The notes under the pieces: model-generated
Seen by the model: the letters and a program-made list of their open reading frames with translations, nothing else
The model's database searches: none
Told to the model about the DNA's origin: nothing
Source of the DNA: Nemertoderma westbladi
Taxonomy: Eukaryota; Animalia; Xenacoelomorpha
Length of the DNA: 64,000 bases
Assembly: GCA_032718475.1 (NCBI GenBank)
Contig: JAUCBJ010004063.1
Coordinates: 16,500-80,499, forward strand
Direction of reading: 5' to 3'
Position numbers and translations under genes: made by a program
In this document: one piece after another, positions 40,600-53,107 of the stretch
How the letters are laid out: each line of letters begins with the position of its first letter
Numbering within the stretch: position 1 is the stretch's first letter

Positions 40600-40904
40600 G
40601 TAAGTTTGACGCAAATTTTACATAAATAACCTGACTACAGTAGTTTTACTTAAAAAAAATAAATAGGAATTGAGTAGGTATATTGTATTGTTAACAGGAC
40701 GCTATTTAAATTTAATCATGTTATTTTAAATTTGTTATTCACGTTATGTAAGACAGCAGCTTCCATTAACTATAGCCTGGAAATTTGTATCAAGGAGTTC
40801 TCCAGAGATTGCATTATCATCATATTAAATAACATTGAATTTTCTCTGCAATTAGGTGTCTTTGTGAATCTCGCATACGCTTTGGCAAACCTTTATGTAC
40901 GACA

Positions 40905-41535
40905 TTATTCAAGTGGCGGTAGTCCATCAGTGTGTGTTAATTATTCAAGTGGCGGTAGTCTATCAGTATGTGTTAATTATTCAAGTGGCGGTAGTCTATC
41001 AGTATGTGTTAATTATTCAAGTGGCGGTAGTCTATTAGTGTGTGTTAATTATTCAAGTGACAGTAGTCTATCAGTATGTGTTAATTATTCAAGTGGCAGT
41101 AGTCTATCAGTATGTGTTAATTATTCAAGTGGCAGTAGTCTATCAGTATGTGTTAATTATTCAAGTGGCGGTAGTCTATTAGTGTGTGTTAATTATTCAA
41201 GTGGCGGTAGTCTATTAGTGTGTGTTAATTATTCAAGTGACAGTAGTCTATCAGTATGTGTTAATTATTCAAGTGGCAATAGTCTATCAGTATGTGTTAA
41301 TTATTCAAGTGGCAGTAGTCTATTAGTGTGTGTTAATTATTCAAGTGGCGGTAGTCTATCAGTATGTGTTAATTATTCCAGTGGCAGTAGTCTATTAGTG
41401 TGTGTTAATTATTCAAGTTCAAGTAGCGGTAGTCCATCAATGTGTGTTAATTATTCAAGTGACAGTAGTCTATTAGTGTGTGTTAATTATTCAAGTGGCG
41501 GTAGTCTATCAGTATGTGTTAATTATTCCAGTGGA
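40905..41535. repeat. 36-bp minisatellite, ~17 copies
   Basis: Unit TTATTCAAGTGGCGGTAGTCTATCAGTATGTGTTAA. Confidence 0.95.
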
Positions 41536-41885
41536 TAGAAAAAGACAAAAAAATCTGAGATATTTGAGTTCATTCTGCACTCAGGCAGTAGGTAGTATTG
41601 TGGTTTATTTAAAATTGGGATTGTTGACTTGATTTTAGGTTTAATTAATTTATTTCTTTTAGTTTAATGAAAATACTACAATAGTTTATGAAATAACGAG
41701 TAAGACTTTTGGGAACGAAAGTTTTTATTACATTATTTCGTTTATTAGATAAGTTGTGTAAATGAACTGCCTAGAATATTTCACCAGCCGAAATTGTAAT
41801 AAGAATGATTAAGTCGTTAATTGTTAGCCAATTTCCATTGCCCTGGAAACTTAATTGGTAACGCAAAATTTAGTGAATCGATAGT

Positions 41886-42115
41886 CTCGGACTCGGACTC
41901 GGACTCGGACTCGGACTCGTACTCGTACTCGGACTCGGACTCGGACTCGGACTCGGAATCGGACTCGGACTCGGACTAGGACTCGGACTCGGACTCGGAC
42001 TCGGACTCGGACTCGGACTCGGACTCGGACTCGGACTCGGGCTCGGACTCGGACTAGGACTCGGACTTGGAATCAGACTCGGACTCGGACTCGGACTAGG
42101 ACTCGGACTCGGACT
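41886..42115. repeat. (ACTCGG)n hexanucleotide microsatellite, ~38 units
   Basis: Direct inspection; a few variant units. Confidence 0.96.
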
Positions 42116-42959
42116 AAAGTTTTTTGCACCAAATTTGGGGAAAATTAACCAATTTACCTTGTCGTTATTTACAGTAAAATCCATGTAGCTAAGGAAAAAA
42201 ACATGAAATTGAAAGTGTTAATAAGGTCCGACTTTTAGCTAGATGGTGTTTTTTTTTCTTATATTTGACGGACAGATTGTCGGATAGTTGTGCGCCTACG
42301 TAGAACAATGCGTATAGACGCAATATAAATATATTATTATTAGTATTATAGTCAGATAGACCGACAGACAGACATACACGTTGTGGGGTCTTCGAGCAGC
42401 ACGTGTTCAAATGTTCAATGACTGAGCAGCGACTAATTAACAAATTTATGAGAGATTCATTGACCAGCTACCGACAGACCAATATTGTGACATATATTTT
42501 AGTTTAATGTTTGATTCAATTAGAGGCACAAATTAAAAAGGCTACAAATATATAGGGGTGAATAATTAAATTAGTCACCCATTTAGGCCTAAAAGGTAGC
42601 CAAATATAAGTTGCAATCTATATAAATTTTTAAATTCAGTAGTGTGGGTGTGTTGTGTATTGATTCCGTAGATTTAATGTTGAAATAGCGTTCATTAATT
42701 TAATTTCTATTTAATGATTCATGCATACTAATACACACATTAAATTAGTTCGTGTGTGGTAAGTGTGTAAGATTTGATTGTTTCGTCACGAACCCATTAG
42801 GGCACAGAAACTGACGGATTCTTCGCGAATTTCGCAAACGTCGCAAACTTCGGGAATTTGTTCTACAATTTTGACTCCTTAAGCAAAAGGGTCCCGAATG
42901 AGTTTTTTAACCTTTATTTTTTGTGATTTTGAGTGCTTTTTTTATACTAGTGAATATTA

Positions 42960-43311
42960 CGCTGATGGCGAGCCATCAGCGAACTGATATAATTATACTA
43001 TGGCCGTTTCTCAAAAGTCTGTGTGTGACGTGTGTGTGTGTGTGTGTGTGTGTGTCGGTAGCCATAAATGTCGGAAGCCATAATCGAAGTTAATATCTTC
43101 AGCTAAATTGTAGGGTTGAATCGAATTATTTCGATTCTTCTATCGGTAATTAATTATTTAGGGGGGTAACATTTATTCCATCTGGTATAAAATTAACATG
43201 GGTAGATTCGCCGTGTCCCATTCTATCAAAGTCTTTACTTTATACTCGAGATTAATGTCAAGTTTTATAGTTATTATATATTTATAGTTATAGTATTTAT
43301 AGTTTTATAGT
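42960..43311. mobile_element. Helentron/DINE-1-like non-autonomous element fragment (hairpin plus (GT)n)
   Basis: Perfect hairpin CGCTGATGGC-GA-GCCATCAGCG (42960-42981), then (GT)n and a ~240-bp body that recurs inverted at 45018-45275. Family assignment rests on architecture only. Confidence 0.5.
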
Positions 43312-43953
43312 TACAATTTTGACTCCTTAAGCAAAAGGGTCCCGAATGAGTTTTTTAACCTTTATTTTTTGTGATTTTGATTGCTTTTTTTATACTAGTG
43401 AATATTCTAGAACCTTAGTAGATTTTTAATGGTATATAGCTAGTATTTTTTACTAGCTAGTAATTTTTGGAAATTATTTTGGTCATTAATATATTCTTCA
43501 ACAGTTTAACCTGAAATATCATGGACTTTCACATTTTTTATAATTTCAAAAAATACTAGCTAGCAAAAAATCACTAGCTATCATAAAAAACATATCTACT
43601 AATGTTGTAGAACTTTCACCAATACCAAAAAAATTAAAAAACTCTAAAAAAGGATTGGTGAAAAATGGCTGGGGTGTCGACAGGGCGAAGTAGGGACCGT
43701 GTTGCTTAACCCCTTAGAGCCTATGACGTCCACTGCACGTCACAATGGACAGCACGAAGACGTGCAGTGGACGTCATGCTGGAATACATGTTTTATTGGA
43801 AGGCTCTTGGAGTAGGTATACTGGTGGATAGTATTACTGACATTTATTGCTCTTCGTGGCAAAAAATCCATTCTGTACTGTAGATAGGCTGTATTGTAGA
43901 CTGTATTATTAGTGTTAGGTATATGGCGTAATGCCAACCACAGTACAGTAGTT

Positions 43954-44492
43954 CAGACTGACAGAGAGACCGACAGACAGACAGACTAGATTTATGTAAA
44001 CGTGTAAACTGACATCAGAAATGAAATCAGCAACCCTTAAACCCCCATAGCGAGAATGTTGGTTAGTTAGTATACTTTCTTACGTTTTCACAGACTGACT
44101 GACAGAAAGACCGACAGCCAGACAGACTAGATTTTTTTTAAACGTGAAAACTGACATCTGAAATAAACTTAGCACCCATTAAAACCCCCATAACAATAAT
44201 GTTAGTTAGTTTGTATTCTTTTTTAAGTTTTGACAGACTGACTGACTGACAGAAAGACCGACAAACAGACAGTCTAGATTTATATAAACCTGAAAACTGA
44301 CATCAGAAATGAAATCAGCACCCCTTAAAACCCCCATAGCGAGAATGTTAGTTAATTTGAATTCTCTTTTATGTTTTGACAGACTGACTGACAGAATGAC
44401 CGACAGACAGACAGACTAGATTTATGTAAACGTGAAAACTGACATCAGAAATGTAATCAGCACTCCTTAAAACCCCCATAGTGAGAATGTTA
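43954..44492. repeat. ~140-150-bp tandem repeat, ~4 copies, with (CAGA)n microsatellite
   Basis: Recurrent GACAGACTAGATTT...AAACTGACATCAGAAATGAAATCAGCA...TTAAAACCCCCATAG; a related single unit lies at ~32257-32355. Confidence 0.85.
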
Positions 44493-45017
44493 GCGACAAG
44501 TTTTAATTATTAACCATATTTCGTAAGATATATTTTAAAACATTTATTTATTAATAATGCAATAACTGAATAACCAGATAACGGAACGACAAACCGAATT
44601 GAAACTTTTAATTACTAATAATAATTGTGGTGAGAGGTGATGGAAATCAAGGATATATGTTGTTATGTTATGGAGCACGCGTTGGTAGGCACAGACAGGC
44701 AATGAATTGATGTCTGTTGAGATGTATTGAAGGAGCACTATTCCTTCATTAGTAATAATATTAATGTCATTGAATAACTGATACCTAAACACACACACAC
44801 CCCCCCGTCAGCCAGTTCTATGGAGAGTGAGTGAATTGATAGGGAATTAATGCTATCCTACCATCCCCAACCAGCAGCAGTCTGCCTCTAACAGGCCAGG
44901 ACATTCTCAGCGTTGCTAAGACACGGGAAGGAATTACTCCGTATTGACTGTCATTAGGCGGTTAGAGCCTGCGTGTGAATTAATTGATAAAAATGCAATT
45001 TTAATTGTAAATCAATA

Positions 45018-45236
45018 AATAACTATAAAACTTGACATTAATCTCGAGTATAAAGTAAAGACTTTGATAGAATGGGACACGGCGAATCTACCCATGTTAA
45101 TTTTATACCAGATGGGATAAATGTTACCCCCCTAAATAATTAATTACCGATAGAAGAATCGAAATAATTCGATTCAACCCTACAATTTAGCTGAAGATAT
45201 TAACTTCGATTATGGCTTCCGACATTTATGGCTACC

Positions 45237-45275
<39 letters not shown>
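45018..45275. repeat. Inverted near-identical copy of 43021-43275
   Basis: AACTATAAAACTTGACATTAATCTCGAG...GGCTACCGAC(AC)n is the reverse complement of the 43.0-43.3 kb segment. Confidence 0.9.
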
Positions 45276-45277
<2 letters not shown>

Positions 45278-45667
45278 CCGCCATGGTTCTTTCACACACT
45301 GAATTTTGAATTTTACTAACTGTAAAATTCATTATATCTTCACATCAACAATTTGCAGAGTTTGTGTCATGTTTTTTTCACACACGAAATGAAAATTACA
45401 AAACATCTGCTAAGGGGCGTCGGAGGGGTGGTTGCGATGTGTGTGTGACTTTATAATTTTTTGCATTGTATGTGTTATTTACAAATTCCCGCTTTCTGGT
45501 TATTTCTGCTACTTTCTACCTTATCCAAGTATTTACCGAGTGCCGAGCCGGTGAGGTAAATATAACAAAATACATAAATAATAATAAATAAAATAAATAT
45601 AAATACATAATTTGAATAATTTATAATCGAACATGATTTATTCAAGTTTGTTCTAATTGGCCATTTT

Positions 45668-46793
45668 GGAAGCAGGACAATTCGGTCCCGGACAATTCGG
45701 TCCGGACAATTCGGTCCCGGACAATTCGGTCCCGGACAATTCGGTCCCATTAATTTTATGTTTTGGGATCGAATTGTCCGGGACCGAATTGTCCGGGACC
45801 GAATTGTCCGGGACCGAATTGTCCGGATACTGACCAGGACAATTCGGTCCCAAAACATGCATATTAATGGGACCGAATTGTCCGGGACCGAATTGTCCGG
45901 GACCGAATTGTCCGGGACCGAATTGTCCGGGACCAAATTTAATTGGTACTGTACTATATAATGGAGAATGTTCTAGAACCTTAATATATATTATTATATG
46001 GTAGCTAGTGTTTTTTTTACTAGCTAGTATTTTTTTTTAAATAAAAAAAATTACTTTTTTTTGTTAACATTATTATTTATGGTAGCTATGGTGTTTTATG
46101 GAGCTTGTGAATTATTTACTAGCTAGTAATAGTAGTATGTATTTAAAATGTTTAAAGCTGATATTTTTTATATACTGCGTAAGTATACTGTACTGTATGT
46201 GTTGTTGGTTGGTTAACAAGCCTAAATTATTATCCCAGATAATAGCTGGATCTCATTCAGGGACTGTTATAATATCATCAATATTGTTGGTAATTAATAT
46301 AATCAGCTAAACCTATAATAATACATACATAATAATAATACACCTATAATACACCTATAACTAGCTACACCTTAATAAATAATATATAATAATGTTCTCG
46401 AACACTACCAATAACAAAAATAAAAAAAAGTACAGTATTTTTAAAATTTCAAAAAATTCTAGCAAGTAAATAACACTAGCTACCATAACAAATATCTCTA
46501 CTAATGTTCTAGAACATTCACCAATATCAAAAAGCACTAAAAAGTTGCTATCAGGAACCGGACAATTCGGTCCCGGACAATTCGGTCCCGGACAATTCGG
46601 TCCCGGACAATTCGGTCCTAGGACAATTCGGTCCTAGGACAATTCGGTCCCTGACAATTCGGTCCCGGACAATTCGGTCCCATTTATTTAGTGTTTTGGG
46701 ACCGAATTGTCCGGGACCGAATTGTCCGGGACCGAATTGTCCGGACCGAATTGTCCTGGACCGAATTGTCCGGGACCGAATTGTCCTACATCC
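45668..46793. mobile_element. Mutator/foldback-type element with 15-bp modular repeat arms
   Basis: Ends GGAAGCAGGACAATTCGGTCC / GGACCGAATTGTCCTACATCC; perfect 9-bp TSD GGCCATTTT (45659-45667, 46794-46802); arrays of GGACAATTCGGTCCC in both orientations at each end. Confidence 0.88.
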
Positions 46794-46795
46794 GG

Positions 46796-47310
46796 CCATT
46801 TTAGGTTTATATAATATACTCCAAGCCATACTTACAAGTCTTCCTCATCTTACATACCTTGTGCGGTATTTCTGTTTTTTTAGTTTATTTCCCTGATGAT
46901 GCCCCTAGTGGGAGAAATTAATTGGATTGTATAATAAAACAGATAGAGTCGGGCGTAAAGAAACTCCTTTATTTCTCAGTCAGTGCACGAAATGCATTGT
47001 CGCGCCCTGAAGCCGGCTTGCCGTTTGATTAATAACTTTAATATGATAGATGTCTGGCTATGAGTAAAATGCAATGACTTCACATATATATGTCTTAAGT
47101 CAAATGTGAATGAGCTACAAGTACGTTAAAGCACCAATATTAACATTATGTGAAGAAAACCTTTGTATTCATTCAGACTGGCCCACATTGACTATTATAG
47201 GGTCTTCTCCGTTTTTTCAGAATCAATATGCCTAAAATGATCTATGGCTATGAGTAAAGGGTAACAGTATAACATAAGGGCTATCGTCCCCAACACCCCC
47301 ACTCCGTTTC
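46796..47310. repeat. Segmental duplication copy 1 (unique ~500 bp, paralogous to 60071-60585)
   Basis: Near-identical sequence at offset 13275 bp; each copy runs into the same 37-bp minisatellite. Confidence 0.93.
46858..46904 (-). other. Putative 47-nt exon (B) of an unidentified antisense gene or pseudogene
   Basis: Minus strand TTTCTCCCACTAG| ... AAG|GTATGT; only the phase-0 frame is open (GHHQGNKLKKQKYRT), compatible with the phase-0 end of the 129-nt exon A. Confidence 0.45.
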
Positions 47311-48023
47311 TTGGGGGCTATCGTCCCCAACACCCCCACATCTTTTCTTGGGAGCTATTGTCCCCAACACCCCCACTTCTTTTCTTGGGGGCTATCGTCC
47401 CCAACACCCCCACTTCTTTTCTTGGGGGCTATCGTCCCCAACACCGCCACTTCTTTGCTTGGGGGCTATCGTCCCCAACACCCCCACTTCTTTTCTTGGG
47501 GGCTATCGTCCCCAACACCCCCACTTCTTTTCGTGGGGGCTGTCGTCCCCAACACCCCCACTTCTTTTCTTGGGGGCTATCGTCCCCAACACCCCCACTT
47601 CTTTTCTTGGGGGCTATCGTCCCCAACACCCCCACTTCTTTTCGTGGGGGCTATCGTCCCCAACACCCCCACTTCTTTTCTTGGGGGCTATCGTCCCCAA
47701 CACCGCCACTTCTTTGCTTGGGGGCTATCGTCCCCAACACCCCCACTTCTTTTCTTGGGGGCTATCGTCCCCAACACCCCCACTTCTTTTCGTGGGGGCT
47801 GTCGTCCCCAACACCCCCACTTCTTTTCTTGGGGGCTATCGTCCCCAACACCGCCACTTCTTTTCTTGGGGGCTATCGTCCCCAACACCCCCACTTCTTT
47901 TCTTGGGGGCTATCGTACCCAACACCCCCACTTCTTTTCTTGGGGGCTATCGTCCCCAACACCCCCACTTCTTTTCTTGGGGGCTATCGTCCCCAACACC
48001 CCCACTTCTTTTCTTGGGGGCTA
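47277..48023. repeat. 37-bp minisatellite, ~20 copies
   Basis: Unit GGGGCTATCGTCCCCAACACCCCCACTTCTTTTCTTG. Confidence 0.97.
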
Positions 48024-48941
48024 GCGTTTTCTTTTTTCTTGGGGACCACAAACAATTGTCGCAATATTATGACAGCCACAAAAAAATATCGTAATGTTGT
48101 GACAGTCACAAACAATTGTCGCAAGGTTGTGACAGCCACAAACAATTGTCGTAATGTTGTGACAGCCACAAACAATTGTCTTAATGTTGCGACAGCCACA
48201 AACAATTGTCGTAATATTGTGACAACCACAAACAATTGTCGTAATGTTGTGACGGCCACAAACAATTGTCCGAATGTTGTGACAGCCACAAACAATTGTC
48301 GTAATGTTGCGACAGTCACAAACAATTGTCGTAATATTGTGACAGCCACAAAAAATTGTCGTAATGTTGTGACGGCCACAAACAATTGTCCGAATGTTGT
48401 GACAGCCACAAACAATTGTCGTAATGTTGCGACAGCCACAAACAATTGTCGCAATATTCTGACAGCCACAATCAATTGTCACAATGTTGTGACAGCCACA
48501 AACAATTGTCGCAATGTTGTGACAACCACAAACAATTGTAGCAATATTGTGACAGCCACAAAGAATTGTCGTATTATTGTGACAGCTACAAACAATTGTC
48601 GTAATATTGTGACAGCCACAATCAATTGTCACAATGTTGTGACAGCCACAAACAATTGTCGTAATATTGTGACAGCCACAATCAATTGTCACAATGTTGT
48701 GACAGCCACAAACCATTGTCGTAATGTTGCGACAGCCACAAACAATTGTCGTAACATTGTGACAGCTACAAACAATTGTCGTAATATTGTGACAGCCACA
48801 ATCAATTGTCACAATGTTGTGACGGCCACAAACAATTGTCCAAATGTTGTAACAGCCACAAACAATTGCCGTAATATTAGAATTAATCTTCAAATAAACT
48901 TTTAAATTTATCATCAAAATAATATAAGTGTGTAAATGTAC

Positions 48942-49070
48942 CTCTTTATCAGCGGTGGGTTCATCGAGCAGATCAAGATCGCTTGTGCAGATCGGTTGCT
49001 TATCAGGAGCAGCAGAGCCACCCAATATCAACGGAATATTATCCGTTATGTCGTCAATTTCTTCGTTAAA
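48942..49070 (-). other. Putative 129-nt exon A, copy 1
   Basis: TATTTTTTCTAG acceptor, GAG|GTACAT donor; FNEEIDDITDNIPLILGGSAAPDKQPICTSDLDLLDEPTADKE, phase 0-0. Confidence 0.5.
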
Positions 49071-50504
49071 CTAGAAAAAATATAGATACATTGGATTGTG
49101 TTAATAAACAATGCTTGCAGGTTTGCAAAAAGTAACTCTTGCAAACCTCTTACCATGGTAGTTTCACACACAAAATCTCACAGCTAAAACTAACTGTGTT
49201 GGGACACTAACAAAATTTTCCGAATATTGTGACAGCCACAATCAATTGTAGTAATTTTGTGACAGCCACAAACAATTGTCTGAATGTTGTGACAGCCACA
49301 AACATTTGTCGCAATGTTGGGATTGCCACAAACAATTTTCCGAATGTTGTGGCAGCCACAAACAATTGTCGCAATGTTGTAACAGCCACAAACAATTGTC
49401 CGAATGTTGTGATAGCCACAAACAATTGTCGTAATGTTGTGACAGCCACAAACAATTGTAGTAATGTTGTGACAGCCACAAGCAATTGTCGCAATATTGT
49501 GACAGCCACAAAAAATTGTCGTAATGTTGTGACAGTCACAAACAATTTCAGAATGTTGTGACAGCCGCAAACAATTGCCAGAATGTTATGACAGCCACAA
49601 ACAATAGTCGTAGTTTTGTGATACGCACAAACAATGGAGAAATTCTGTATCAGCCACGAACAACTGCTGTGTTGCAGTATGCCGTGCAACCGGGACAGCT
49701 ACAAACAATTTTCGTAATGTTGAGACAGCCATAAACAATTGTCGTAGTATTGTGACAACCACAAACAATTGTCGTAATGTTGTGACGGCCACAAACAATT
49801 GTCCGAATGTTGTGACAGCCACAAACAATTGTCGTAATGTTGCGACAGTCACAAACAATTGTCGTAATATTGTGACAGCCACAAAAAATTGTCGTAATGT
49901 TGTGACGGCCACAAACAATTGTCCGAATGTTGTGACAGCCACAAACAATTGTCGTAATGTTGCGACAGCTACAAACAATTGTCGCAATATTCTGACAGCC
50001 ACAATCAATTGTCACAATGTTGTGACAGCCACAAACAATTGTCGCAATGTTGTGACAACCACAAACAATTGTAGCAATATTGTGACAGCCTCAAACAATT
50101 GACGCCATGTAATGACAGCCACAAAGAATTGTCGTAATATTGTGACAGCTACAAACAATTGTCGTAATATTGTGACAGCCACAATCAATTGACACAATGT
50201 TGTGACAGCCACAAACAATTGTCGTAATATTGTGACAGCCACAATCAATTGTCACAATGTTGTGACAGCCACAAACCATTGTCGTAATGTTGCGACAGCC
50301 ACAAACAATTGTCGTAACATTGTGACAGCTACAAACAATTGTCGTAATATTGTGACAGCCACAATCAATTGTCACAATGTTGTGACGGCCACAAACAATT
50401 CTCCAAATGTTGTAACAGCCACAAACAATTGCCGTAATATTAGAATTAATCTTCAAATAAACTTTTAAATTTATCATCAAAATAATATAAGTGTGTAAAT
50501 TTAC

Positions 50505-50633
50505 CGCTTTATCAGCGGTGGGTTCATCGAGCAGATCAAGATCGCTTGTGAAGATCGGTTGCTTTTCAGGAGCAGCAGAGCCACCCAATATCAACGGAAT
50601 ATTATCCGTTATGTCGTCAATTTCTTCGTTAAA
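50505..50633 (-). other. Putative 129-nt exon A, copy 2
   Basis: Same acceptor, donor GTAAAT; ...APEKQPIFTSDLDLLDEPTADKA. Confidence 0.5.
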
Positions 50634-52978
50634 CTAGAAAAAATATAGATACATTGGATTGTGTTAATAAACAATGCTTGCAGGTTTGCAAAAAGTAACT
50701 CTTGCAAACCTCTTACCATGGTAGTTTCACACACAAAATCTCAGAGCTAAAACTAACTGTGTTGGGACACTAACAAAATTTTCCGAATATTGTGACAGCC
50801 ACAATCAATTGTAGTAATTTTGTGACAGCCACAAACAATTGTCTGAATGTTGTGACAGCCACAAACATTTGTCGCAATGTTGGGACTGCCACAAACAAGG
50901 CAGCCACAAACAATTGTCGCAATGTTGTAACAGCCACAAACAATTGTCCGAATGTTGTGATAGCCACAAACAATTGTCCGAATGTTGTGATAGCCACAAA
51001 CAATTGTCCGAATGTTGTGATAGCCACAAACAATTGTCGTAATGTTGTGACAGCCACAAACAATTGTAGTAATGTTGTGATAGCCACAAACAATTGTCTG
51101 AATGTTGTGACAGCCACAAACATTTGTCGCAATGTTGGGACTGCCACAAACAAGGCAGCCACAAACAATTGTCGCAATGTTGTAACAGCCACAAACAATT
51201 GTCCGAATGTTGTGATAGCCACAAACAATTGTCGTAATGTTGTGACAGCCACAAACAATTGTAGTAATGTTGTGACAGCCACAAGCAATTGTCGCAATAT
51301 TGTGACAGCCACAAAAAATTGTCGTAATGTTGTGACAGTCACAAACAATTTCAGAATGTTGTGACAGCCGCAAACAATTGCCAGAATGTTATGACAGCCA
51401 CAAACAATAGTCGTAGTTTTGTGATACGCACAAACAATGGAGAAATTCTGTATCAGCCACGAACAACTGCTGTGTTGCAGTATGCCGTGCAACCGGGACA
51501 GCTACAAACAATTTTCGTAATGCTGAGACAGCCATAAACAATTGTCGAAATGTTGTGACAGCTACAAACAATTTTCGTAATGTTTTGAAAGCCACAAACA
51601 ATTGTCGTAATGTTGTGACAACGACAAACAATTGTCTCAATATTGTGACAGCCACAAACAATTGTCGCAATATTGTGACAGCCACAAAAAATTGTCGTAA
51701 TGTCGTGACAGTCACAAACAATTTCAGAATGTTGTGACAGCCGCAAACAATTGTCAGAATGTTATGACAGCCACAAACAATAGTCGTAGTTTTGTGATAC
51801 GCACAAACAATGGAGAAATTCTGTATCAGAACCAACAACTGCTGTGTTGCAATATGCCGTGCAACCGGGACAGCTACAAACAATTTTTGTAATGTTGAGA
51901 CTGCCACAAACAATTGTCGCAATGTTGTGACATCTACAAACAATTTTCGTAATGTTGAGACAGCCACAAACAATTGTCGCAATGTTGTTACAGCTACAAA
52001 CAATTTTCGTAATGTTTTGAAAGCCACAAACAATTGTCGTAATGTTGTGACAGCCACAAACAATTGTCGTAATGTTGTGACAGCCACAAACAATTGTCTC
52101 AATAATGTGACAGCCACAAACAATTGTTGCAATATTGTGACAGCCACAAACAATTGACGCAATGTAATGACAGCCACAAAGAATTGTCGTAATATTGTGA
52201 CAACCACAAACAATTGTCGTAATGTTGTGACGGCCACAAACAATTGTCCGAATGTTGTGAGAGCCACAAACAATTGTCGTAATGTTACGACAGTCACAAA
52301 CAATTGTCATAATATTGTGACAGCCACAAAAAATTGTCGTAATGTTGTGATGGCCACAAACAATTGTCCGAATGTTGTGACAGCCACAAACAATTGTCGT
52401 AATGTTGCGACAGCCACAAATAATTGTCGCAATATTCTGACAGCCACAATCAATTGTCACAATGTTGTGACAGCCACAAAGAATTGTCGCAATGTTGTGA
52501 CAACCACAAACAATTGTAGCAATATTGTGACAGCCACAAAGAATTGTCGTATTATTGTGACAGCTACAAACAATTGTCGTAATATTGTGACAGCCACAAT
52601 CAATTGTCACAATGTTGTGACAGCCACAAACAATTGTCGTAATGTTGCGACAGCCACAAACAATTGTCGTAATATTGTGACAGCTACAAACAATTGTCGT
52701 AATATTGTGACAGCCACAATCAATTGTCACAATGTTGTGACAGCCACAAACAATTGTCGTAATGTTGCGACAGCCACAAACAATTGTCGTAATATTGTGA
52801 CAGCTACAAACAATTGTCGTAATATTGTGACAGCTACAAACAATTGTCGTAATATTGTGACAGCCACAAAAATTGCAGGAATGTTGTAACAGCCACAAAC
52901 AATTGCCGTAATATTAGAATTATTCTTCAAATAAACTTTTAAATTTATCATCAAAATAATATAAGTGTGTAAATTTAC

Positions 52979-53107
52979 CTCTTTATCAGCGGTGAGGTCA
53001 TCGAGCAGATCAACATCGCTTATGCAGATCGGTTGCTTATCAGGAGCAGCAGAGCCACCCAATATCAACGGAATATTATCCGTTATGTCGTCAATTTCTT
53101 CGTTAAA
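52979..53107 (-). other. Putative 129-nt exon A, copy 3
   Basis: Same signals; ...APDKQPICISDVDLLDDLTADKE. Confidence 0.5.

Noticed and set aside
40732-41538. (YSSGGSLSVCVN)n 268-aa ORF as a SPATA18 exon
   Set aside because: 36-bp minisatellite; the phase-compatible reading from the nearby AG (40855) stops at the start of the array.
41870-42184. (SP)n ORF as the RSRSPSP linker exon of MIEAP
   Set aside because: SP is encoded on the minus strand; + frames give SD/RT/GL repeats with no convincing splice sites, so it is a simple microsatellite.
48953-49084. + strand reading SSSRSRS as SPATA18 exon 6
   Set aside because: That frame is out of phase with exon 5 at the available AG, hits a stop and lacks a donor; the splice signals are on the minus strand.
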